Virus record (IMG/VR): IMGVR_UViG_3300001450_010303 | Coordinates: 32,001-96,000 of that record | Origin: a virus | DNA: 64,000 bases | Reading direction: 5' to 3' (one strand) | Shown: positions 56,394-64,000 of the stretch, in pieces | Numbering within the stretch: position 1 is the first letter of the stretch | Layout: every line of letters starts with the position of its first letter | Translations under genes and position numbers: made by a program | Notes under the pieces: generated by a model | The model's input: only the letters and a program-made list of their open reading frames with translations | Database searches by the model: none | Told to the model about the DNA's origin: nothing

Positions 56394-59300
56394 ATGCCTG
56401 ACCCCGAACTTTTCTTTCCGGCAGGCTCGGTTGCCCCGTCCGGACCACCACTGTACTCAACAGCGTATGAAATAGACGATTCGCATGTATATACTTTTGT
56501 TGGACATGGCAATGTGGAGGGCGACGGAAACTATTTAAGAGAAGAAATAGGGAATATTTGGTCTATCATCGACGGGAAAGAAGAAAACCAGTCACTCAAC
56601 ACTCGGGCACTTCCGTTATATAAGACTGAAAACTTAAACGGTATTGAAGTATTTCGTGCCAATAGTCGTTCAAGATATATTAAAGCGGTGGAGATTAATC
56701 CTTGTACGGTTAGAGTTTTGGAACCCACGCTAGCGGTACCAAATTATTTAATACCCGTTAGATTGTATTCCGAACTAAACTTACCTGGCGGCGACCTATT
56801 TTGGAATACTTTATTTAGAGGAGGCCAAATCGGAGAGGGCAATTATACATCTCTGCTTCCTTCTGATGCTGTTTATTACAACACAATGTTTAAATATTCA
56901 ATTCCATACACGATTCTGGAAATGAAAAAAACTGGGATAAGTTCAACCACCGCAGAACCAACAAATGTAGGATATGAATATAATGCATATCTTCACAGAT
57001 ATGAATCATCAGTAAGCAATAAAAAATCAGAACTTCTTATTCCAAATTATTATATGTTTAAATACATAAAAGGGGCCAATGCTTCATATAAACAATATGC
57101 CACGTTAGAAAAAAAGGTTAGCTTAGATATTTTAAGAAATGATTTATTTAAAAACAGAACTCGTTCATTCTCTTATTTAGAAAAAGATTTTTCAGGCTAT
57201 AGTTTTTCTCCCACACTCGAAGATGAAGTTACTAATTCACAGAAAAACATACTGTTCGATGATAAATACTATGAGAAAGAAAGGTATGACACAACTCAGC
57301 CAATGCCACAGAACCTATTCCCATACGGAGTTAGAATCTCTATGCCGAATGATTCTGGAATAATAGAGAAAACTTCCAAGAGTAAGTATCGTATTAGAGA
57401 TTCTATAATGAAGAACGATTTTTCGTCAAAGTTTTTGGAAATATTAAAAGATGTATATGACGAGAGTTTCCCGGATATAGCTCCGGGCTACTTAGAATAT
57501 ACTGTACAAAAATCCTCATTAGCTAAATCATCGACGCCACGTACGGGCCCACAGAAGGTTGAGACCAACACAGTTAATAAGACACCTTATAAAACAATAG
57601 ATTTTCTGGAGTTTTTAACACTTATATATAACAACTATTCTGCGTCTCTCAATGACGATTATTCCTTTGTGGGAAACGCCCGGGCTGCAGCCGCCGAAAG
57701 AAGCACGACATACTCGGCCACCGGATTTGACAGATATTTCAACAATAAGAATGTGATGGCAGTTCTAAATGATACAATCAAATATTCTAAAACCATTCTA
57801 AATGCAGATGATCTAAAATACATGAACTTACAAAATGTGATTAATATACAGGAGAATCCTGTAGAGACTTTAGCTTATAGAATTGAAAAAGTCGCCGGCC
57901 AACAATCGGAGAATTCAACAAATAAAACAGTTCTACAAAACTTCTGGATGTTCAATTCTTCCCATATGAAAAACTTGGATTTATTTGACACTCAGGTCAA
58001 ATATGGCGAGAAATACACATACAATTGTTATGCATATGTTGTGGTTCCCTCCTATAGATATAAATATACGAATCTGAGGCTAACTAAACAAATAGCTAGA
58101 ATAGATACAGATGGCGATGGAATCCCGGATCAATACTGCATGCAGTTTTATGATCCAGCAACAAATAACTACGCAGAACAACTATTCTATGATGGTGCGG
58201 GGATGGTTTCATCCGCGCCTGGTTCATCGATTGGGGCTGTAGATTTTGAATCCGGTCCAACTGGAATGATAACTTCACCCGAGTCTGCAATGCCAGTTAG
58301 TGATGGTGAGGGGGTCGACCCGTGGCCTCCGACCACGGTTGAACCGATGAGCTACCAGGGCCAAGACAAAGACGAAGAAAAAAAGAGGAAGCTAGAAGAT
58401 ACTCTTCAGGGTTCCTCCGATGGCCTGGGCGGCGGAGGCCACCATGCCGGCAGCGGACAGAATTGGAACCACGGAAGTTCGGGCGATCCGACTCATGATA
58501 ACCCCCCCGCCGGCGGCCCGGGCTATGTTGAGGGCGCCGGAGGCGGCTATGCCAGTCCCACCACCGGGTGGCGGTTCGGCGCGATGGAGGATGAGGAAGG
58601 AGAAAGCATCGGCGGCGAAGGCATGGATGCAGATGTATTCGCAGAGTTAATGGATGTCATCAATAATCTCAATACGGGGCTGAGTTCGGAAGACTTCGCC
58701 TCCTTTATGCAAGGCGCGACCTTTGGCGGCGGCGGCGGCGACGAAGATGGCCCGGGCCACGATTCAGGCGGCTCCGGCGACGGCGGCGGCAGCGAAAGCG
58801 AGTGGTACGAAGCCCCCGGGGCCGATGAAAACCTCGACGGCGTTCCAGATGACGAGCAAACACCTGCGCCGTACGTCCGCAAGAACACCGGCGCCACATG
58901 GGGCATCGGCATCGCCGGCCTCCCGGGCAGCCACTTCAACGATGCGGCCACTTCAACGAGCGTCCCCTATAGTTTTACAGTTCCTGGTACCAACTGGACA
59001 GTCCCCGGCAATGGCGTCGCCGCCGTAGTCAAGGGGTCTTGGTTGAAAGCCGGAGACTGGACCGACGCCGACCAGGCCGCATACGATAAACGTTGGTGGG
59101 CTGCCCGGCAGGCCAATACCCCCGGCAACAAAGTCGAAGTAGCAAGTCCTTTCACGCAAGGAGGAGAATCCGGTGGCGGCTCAAGAAGCATTGTTAGAAG
59201 CACAACCACTCGACCAATAAGAGACCCGTATGGTAGCAGCCCTTACTCTAACGTCCAAGCCATGTCCAGTACTGGATATTCAGCCCCCGCGGGCACTACC

Positions 59301-60881
59301 GGCGGTAGCCCATATCCAGGGTCATCCATGCCCGGCGGCGGCCCCGCATTCTATGAGACCCCGGGCGCACCTCCTGATTACACTGCACCCGACCCTAGCA
59401 CGTTTGGCCCGGGCACGACTTCCGGCGGCACAACCGGCACAATAACAGTGCCTTACTCCCCAGTTATGCCAGGATTTACAGCAATCACAACCTGTAAAAC
59501 ATCAATATTGGCTACAAGAAATGCATATGCTACAAGCCAGCAAGACATGAGTGATAGTCCGCACGTGGCAGACTTCTACTTCCATGTAGAGCCGTGTTTT
59601 AAGGTTATAGAGATCCCCATGTTTTCAAAAACACAACAAGTTTTAGATCATCCCGGTAATGGAGCATCGATATATCCATTTCAATACATAGATGATTCGC
59701 AGAGAGTAGGATTTGAAACATCATATGAGAGTCATGTGCCAAAAGAATTCCCGACAGTTATAACAGCCGAAGATCAGGTTAAGAAAGACGACTACTTGTT
59801 CGCAAATAATTTGCTTTTAAAAGATATCATAAACGCAAAAACGATCTCGCGAGCAAGATATGTAGAAGTCTTTAGAACATCTGTCAAACCAACAAGTTAC
59901 GGAGATTTTGAAGGAAATCTCTTAAGCACTCTCGATCTTAGAATAGAAGATACAGAGTACGTCTTTGCTGACACAGTTTATGAATCGGAAATTGACACTA
60001 ACAAAAAATATTACTATCTATTTAGATTCCTGAACGAACATATGATGATAAGCCACCCATCTGAAATAATGGAATGTGAATTAGTTAATGATGGAGGATA
60101 CAAATATGCTATTTTTGGCGTACTATATGAGCAGCATCTCCGCACCGCACCACCAAAGAACACAACAATCTCCATGAAGAAACTTCTGCAGATACAACCT
60201 AATATGAGCCAAATTACACTTGACACAACCGACGTTGATTTTAATAAAAAAGCAGCCACTCAAATAAACAAAGTCAATGTTGGGGTTGCTAAAGAATTGA
60301 TTTGGGGAAAACGATTTAAAATTAGAATGATTTCTAAGAAAACCGGAAAGAAAGTAGATCTGAATATTAAATTTAAAATGCAAGAAGACCCTGAAGCGCC
60401 CGTCAAGTCCGCCCCACCCGGAATGTCTGTGGCGCCAGAGCCATCGCCCGGAGCGCGCTGGGAGCACGAGACTGAGGTTACAGTGACAATAGAGGAAGAG
60501 GAAGAGTGGTGGGATGATTTGGGAGATACAGACGCTTACAGAGAAGGCACAGATGTACCAGAAGAAGGTTATGGTGGCGACGGCGCGCTATACCCACCGG
60601 TCACGATGGAGCCAGACCCGGTCTTGCCATGGCCAGATACCGACACAGATTATGGATTTTATGAAACCGGCCCCCCCGAAGGAATGTCCGGACCCTCGAC
60701 TTATGATGGTTCAGGCGATGGCCCTTCCTTTTATGAAGCCGGCCCTTACACCGCCCCCTCGACTTATGATGGTTCAAGCGATGGCCCTTCCTTTTATGAA
60801 GTCGGCCCTTACACCGGCCCCGACGATACCTTCACAGGCGCCGAGATGACATATTACGAGTGGGATCATGACTGGGAATAA
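56394..60881 (+). CDS. large putative structural protein (1495 aa) with Gly/Pro/acidic low-complexity insert and repeat tail
   Basis: Fn3-like segments (DTQVKYGEKYTY, NKKYYYLFR) flanking a GC-rich disordered insert. Confidence 0.7.
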   Translation: MPDPELFFPAGSVAPSGPPLYSTAYEIDDSHVYTFVGHGNVEGDGNYLREEIGNIWSIIDGKEENQSLNTRALPLYKTENLNGIEVFRANSRSRYIKAVEINPCTVRVLEPTLAVPNYLIPVRLYSELNLPGGDLFWNTLFRGGQIGEGNYTSLLPSDAVYYNTMFKYSIPYTILEMKKTGISSTTAEPTNVGYEYNAYLHRYESSVSNKKSELLIPNYYMFKYIKGANASYKQYATLEKKVSLDILRNDLFKNRTRSFSYLEKDFSGYSFSPTLEDEVTNSQKNILFDDKYYEKERYDTTQPMPQNLFPYGVRISMPNDSGIIEKTSKSKYRIRDSIMKNDFSSKFLEILKDVYDESFPDIAPGYLEYTVQKSSLAKSSTPRTGPQKVETNTVNKTPYKTIDFLEFLTLIYNNYSASLNDDYSFVGNARAAAAERSTTYSATGFDRYFNNKNVMAVLNDTIKYSKTILNADDLKYMNLQNVINIQENPVETLAYRIEKVAGQQSENSTNKTVLQNFWMFNSSHMKNLDLFDTQVKYGEKYTYNCYAYVVVPSYRYKYTNLRLTKQIARIDTDGDGIPDQYCMQFYDPATNNYAEQLFYDGAGMVSSAPGSSIGAVDFESGPTGMITSPESAMPVSDGEGVDPWPPTTVEPMSYQGQDKDEEKKRKLEDTLQGSSDGLGGGGHHAGSGQNWNHGSSGDPTHDNPPAGGPGYVEGAGGGYASPTTGWRFGAMEDEEGESIGGEGMDADVFAELMDVINNLNTGLSSEDFASFMQGATFGGGGGDEDGPGHDSGGSGDGGGSESEWYEAPGADENLDGVPDDEQTPAPYVRKNTGATWGIGIAGLPGSHFNDAATSTSVPYSFTVPGTNWTVPGNGVAAVVKGSWLKAGDWTDADQAAYDKRWWAARQANTPGNKVEVASPFTQGGESGGGSRSIVRSTTTRPIRDPYGSSPYSNVQAMSSTGYSAPAGTTGGSPYPGSSMPGGGPAFYETPGAPPDYTAPDPSTFGPGTTSGGTTGTITVPYSPVMPGFTAITTCKTSILATRNAYATSQQDMSDSPHVADFYFHVEPCFKVIEIPMFSKTQQVLDHPGNGASIYPFQYIDDSQRVGFETSYESHVPKEFPTVITAEDQVKKDDYLFANNLLLKDIINAKTISRARYVEVFRTSVKPTSYGDFEGNLLSTLDLRIEDTEYVFADTVYESEIDTNKKYYYLFRFLNEHMMISHPSEIMECELVNDGGYKYAIFGVLYEQHLRTAPPKNTTISMKKLLQIQPNMSQITLDTTDVDFNKKAATQINKVNVGVAKELIWGKRFKIRMISKKTGKKVDLNIKFKMQEDPEAPVKSAPPGMSVAPEPSPGARWEHETEVTVTIEEEEEWWDDLGDTDAYREGTDVPEEGYGGDGALYPPVTMEPDPVLPWPDTDTDYGFYETGPPEGMSGPSTYDGSGDGPSFYEAGPYTAPSTYDGSSDGPSFYEVGPYTGPDDTFTGAEMTYYEWDHDWE
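60693..60818 (+). repeat. in-frame 63-bp tandem duplication (2 copies; PSTYDGS[G/S]DGPSFYE[A/V]GPYT[A/G])
   Basis: 60693-60755 and 60756-60818 differ at 3 positions. Confidence 0.95.
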
Positions 60882-60907
60882 AAAAATAGTTAAACACGGA
60901 TATTATT

Positions 60908-61918
60908 ATGGCTTTTAAAAAGACAAGCGGCACGATTGTTATTGACGCAACTTTAACCGAATTAGGTCGAGAAAAAATGGCTAAAGGAGAATTTTTAATT
61001 TCGAAATTCGCTTTAGGTGACGATGAAATTGACTATAGCCTATTTGATAAAATTATAAAACATGATGAGGACGGGATCCAAGCCACCAAGATAGCGGCAA
61101 TGTTGGAAGCATATTCAAATAAAAATTCTAACATTACGTACGGTCCAACCACACATATAAGCCAAAATATACTGTATCTCCCAGAGCTTAAGGTTAATAA
61201 TAGATTAAGTTTTTGTCCGGATATCTATCATGATGTTCATTATCTATCAGTTAATGATGAAACTTCCGAAAAGATAAATCTGATCTTCGCAAATTCGTTT
61301 AAATACTTGGAATCAAGTACAACAGAAAAATCTAAACTAGTAATTGAGAGCGGCTTAAACACACCTGAAATTCGCCCAGAACTTAAAAATAGAGATAAGT
61401 ATCTATTAAATTTAGGTTTGTTGGACCAATACTCATATGTCATGTGTGATGCTAGATTTATAGATTCTATGATGGCATCAGATAAAAGCAGTAAATTTCA
61501 AAATTTTCCAAACGGAGATTATAAAATTAATTTCGAGACACTGACGGCTGCCGCACCCACCTCACACAATAATGGTTTCAGATTTTATAGAACATATTTA
61601 TGTAATATGATCCCTAATTTAATGACAGATTATGAATCTTTCACTTCCCCAGGCCTTGAATTTTCGAATATTCTCGGCCCGCGCGGCACCGTCATGGCCA
61701 CAAACTATTCTGTCGTGTCAAGCCTTAGAACAAATTCCGATGGCGAAAGAGACAAAAGATGGACTAAATACGGCGAAATCGATCAAGTATTATTTAGCGA
61801 AGAATACGTAACACAATACAAGTTTGATTATATAGAAACAACTATATACATAGTAGGCGCAATCTCACATGCGTCAATTCAGGTACCTGTGAGATTATTA
61901 AGATATTCAGGAACTTAG
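60908..61918 (+). CDS. structural protein, tail-collar-like N-terminus (paralogue 1)
   Basis: IDATLTELGREKMAKGEFLISKFALGDDEIDY; C-terminal FDYIETTIYIVG. Confidence 0.7.
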   Translation: MAFKKTSGTIVIDATLTELGREKMAKGEFLISKFALGDDEIDYSLFDKIIKHDEDGIQATKIAAMLEAYSNKNSNITYGPTTHISQNILYLPELKVNNRLSFCPDIYHDVHYLSVNDETSEKINLIFANSFKYLESSTTEKSKLVIESGLNTPEIRPELKNRDKYLLNLGLLDQYSYVMCDARFIDSMMASDKSSKFQNFPNGDYKINFETLTAAAPTSHNNGFRFYRTYLCNMIPNLMTDYESFTSPGLEFSNILGPRGTVMATNYSVVSSLRTNSDGERDKRWTKYGEIDQVLFSEEYVTQYKFDYIETTIYIVGAISHASIQVPVRLLRYSGT

Positions 61919-61949
61919 TATTTAAAAAGTTTTATTATAGTGCTATAAT

Positions 61950-61975
61950 CTATTTAATAACAAAAACACTAATTA
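61950..61975 (+). promoter_or_regulatory. candidate late promoter motifs CTATTTA and ACTAATTA
   Basis: AT-rich intergenic region before the GAGG RBS and ATG 61997. Confidence 0.45.
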
Positions 61976-61996
61976 TTATAACAAAGAGGTAAATAA

Positions 61997-62989
61997 ATGG
62001 CTTTCTTAGACAATTCCGGAGACATCATTCTCGACGCCGTGCTCACAGAGATCGGCAGAAGAAAAATGGCTAAAGGAAACTTTTCAATTAAAATGTTTGC
62101 TCTTGGCGACGATGAAATCAACTATAAGTTGTATAACAAAAACCACCCGTCAGGTTCAGCTTACTATGATCTGGAGATATTACAAACTCCGATACTGGAG
62201 GCCTTCACAGAGACAAATGCTGGAATTAATTATGGCCTTTTGTCCCACGGTAACACCAACTTGATGTATATGCCGGTTATGAAAACAAACGAAAAAGTGC
62301 CAAACGCGGCTATCAAGAGTGAATCCGGTTTTTACTACTTGTCTGTTGCTGATGGAGTCACTGCAGACGCCATCATTGCTGCCCTGGGAGGCTCCTGCGA
62401 AAACGCAGGTCAGTATGTACTTCAATCCGGAGCCCACACTGGAACAAAGATTATCTCCGAGATAGGATTAGATACAAAAGAAATATCGGCCACAACGCAG
62501 AACAGAAATAATTATCTGGATTCTAACAACCTAACAGACACCGGAATATCTGTTTCGATTGACACGAGATTCTTATCGAGCGTACTAGGGGCCGCTAGGG
62601 GAAGTATATTTAGTAATGGTGGCACTGAGGGCCGCGAAAAAATTCAAATTAACATGTCCCGCACCGCTGCCGGCCGAACGGATCGCAATCTTCCAAACCA
62701 TAGGATAGCCACAGTGAAAGCAATTAGAAATCAAGTTGTGTTTAGACAGAACGACAACCGAGCAGACACGGCAACATCAGTGATGAATGGCCCCCGCGCC
62801 AGCGCGACAGCATTAAACTTTGATGCTAAGAGCCTCACCAACGACGATTTTAGTCGACATGGTAAAACTTCACAAGACCTGTTTGGAGATGGTAACACAT
62901 ATGATTATATCGATACAACAGTGTATGTTTCCGGAGTGTCCTCGGGCGCAACCCAACAAATTAGTTTAAGGTTAATTAAAAAAGCATAA
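61997..62989 (+). CDS. structural protein, tail-collar-like N-terminus (paralogue 2)
   Basis: LDAVLTEIGRRKMAKGNFSIKMFALGDDEINY; C-terminal YDYIDTTVYVSG. Confidence 0.7.
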   Translation: MAFLDNSGDIILDAVLTEIGRRKMAKGNFSIKMFALGDDEINYKLYNKNHPSGSAYYDLEILQTPILEAFTETNAGINYGLLSHGNTNLMYMPVMKTNEKVPNAAIKSESGFYYLSVADGVTADAIIAALGGSCENAGQYVLQSGAHTGTKIISEIGLDTKEISATTQNRNNYLDSNNLTDTGISVSIDTRFLSSVLGAARGSIFSNGGTEGREKIQINMSRTAAGRTDRNLPNHRIATVKAIRNQVVFRQNDNRADTATSVMNGPRASATALNFDAKSLTNDDFSRHGKTSQDLFGDGNTYDYIDTTVYVSGVSSGATQQISLRLIKKA

Positions 62990-63010
62990 TATGATAAATG
63001 GAGAAAAGAA

Positions 63011-64000
63011 ATGCCAATAAAAAGTTTTGAACCCCTAAATCCTAATACGGATATAACCACCACAAGAACCTTCTTGCATGAGGTGGTGCCGGTAACAGGT
63101 GCTATTGTTAGTGGAACATATGGTGTATTTACGACAGAAAACAATATTAAAAATTATACTCATGGCCAGTTTCAATCTGTATATGACTATCCATATTTAA
63201 GTTCCTCAGCAAACCATATATTTGATATAACAATGGGCTACGACGAGAGTTCTGCGCTATCGCATTCTGCCTCAACGCAAAACAGCAAAAAGATCAATAT
63301 GTATAATCAATTCTCGCAGTTGTTATTGGGCTACACGGGTTCTGATAATACGGTCAGAGTGTTCGAAAGTGATCTGGTCTTAGACCTTACGGGTTCAATG
63401 AAAGAGGTGTATTTTGTTAACTTTTCTCGATTGCTCACCAAGGATCAAATCAAGAAAGGATCCGTAGAGATTAAACTTGGCCGCGGCGCGATGCGCGGCA
63501 CTGACGGTAATGCCGGCTGCGCATTTGTTGATACAGGCTCTAACTCGAAAGTAATAACCTTGACAGACGCCTCAGCTTCGGTGGATGATACCGGAACGTT
63601 TAACACTCTTGGGGGAGACTATGGTGTTTTGTATGACGCCGGCGGCGCTGGTGCGACAGACACAGGCATTGGAAAAGGAATCATATTCTACCAAGCCGGC
63701 GTCATGGTTTTGACGGCATCGATTTTCTCTTCTTCGAATGGGAATTTAGATGATTACTGGAAATACGAAGGCAATTCATGGAGTGTAACACAATCCATGA
63801 TGACCGGAGCAATCAGCGCTTCATGTGACGCTCTCAGGCAACGAATTCAAAGCGTCTCGTTTAATAACACAACCGAGATTAATTCAACAATCTACTTCTG
63901 CCGCGTACCACACAATAAATTCAACTACAGTACAAACCCAACGTATATAACCGGAAGCAAGTTGAGAGTTAAAAACACTTCGGGAGATCCATCAGTCTCA
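63011..64000 (+). CDS. putative structural protein, 3'-truncated by the window (absent from the ORF track)
   Basis: GGAG RBS, then MPIKSFEPLNPNTDITTTRTFLHEVVPVTGAIVSGTY...SVYDYPYLSSSANHIFDITMGY; appears open to the window end. Confidence 0.75.
   Translation, partial: MPIKSFEPLNPNTDITTTRTFLHEVVPVTGAIVSGTYGVFTTENNIKNYTHGQFQSVYDYPYLSSSANHIFDITMGYDESSALSHSASTQNSKKINMYNQFSQLLLGYTGSDNTVRVFESDLVLDLTGSMKEVYFVNFSRLLTKDQIKKGSVEIKLGRGAMRGTDGNAGCAFVDTGSNSKVITLTDASASVDDTGTFNTLGGDYGVLYDAGGAGATDTGIGKGIIFYQAGVMVLTASIFSSSNGNLDDYWKYEGNSWSVTQSMMTGAISASCDALRQRIQSVSFNNTTEINSTIYFCRVPHNKFNYSTNPTYITGSKLRVKNTSGDPSVS

Noticed and set aside
58190-59500. Intein or intron in the 1495-aa gene
   Set aside because: No C/S...HN splice motifs or LAGLIDADG blocks, and the reading frame is continuous and low-complexity.
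54050-60881. Diversity-generating retroelement (TR/VR) explaining the variable C-termini
   Set aside because: No reverse transcriptase or dispersed adenine-variant repeat pair was seen. The only near-exact repeat noticed is an in-frame tandem 63-mer.
172-63144. Many minus-strand and alternate-frame ORFs of 60-161 aa
   Set aside because: They overlap well-supported + strand genes and lack motifs. The longest ones fall in GC-rich patches where stop codons are rare.
1-64000. Stop-codon reassignment as in some jumbo phages
   Set aside because: Recognisable enzymes and very long genes are intact in the standard code, and TAA, TAG and TGA all terminate genes.
1-64000. tRNA, rRNA, structured ncRNA genes and Rho-independent terminators
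   Set aside because: Intergenic gaps are all under ~80 bp and AT-rich, and no cloverleaf or GC hairpin followed by a U-tract was recognised by eye.

Overview
This window looks like part of a large (jumbo-type) myovirus-like bacteriophage genome. It is AT-rich and densely coding. All credible genes lie on the + strand, often with overlapping stop/start codons, and the genetic code is standard. There are three blocks. (1) 1-3953: small hypothetical genes, a PIN-PhoH ATPase, an HExxH zincin-like protein and a Cas4/RecB-like nuclease, with sigma70-type promoters. (2) 3961-23890: a ~20 kb glycan biosynthesis cluster. It has seven glycosyltransferase genes, Gmd, an Fcl/ColC-like reductase, a His-type ColD-like PLP enzyme, a Cj1427-like SDR, a split HldE-like heptose kinase and nucleotidyltransferase, a split ThDP E1-alpha/beta pair, a B12 radical SAM enzyme, a methyltransferase, a sulfotransferase and a short UGD. 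(3) 24643-64000: a phage sigma factor followed by a baseplate/tail module with an M15-like peptidase, gp25-like and gp6-like proteins, a 3485-aa gp7-like/LamG protein and several other very large proteins. The leading hypothesis is a self-contained virion glycosylation system. It would build unusual sugars (3,6-dideoxy, branched, heptose, methylated or sulfated) and may target the [S/T]-[G/A/S]-S tripeptides that are frequent in the neighbouring structural proteins. All family assignments come from motif recognition by eye; no database searches were run.
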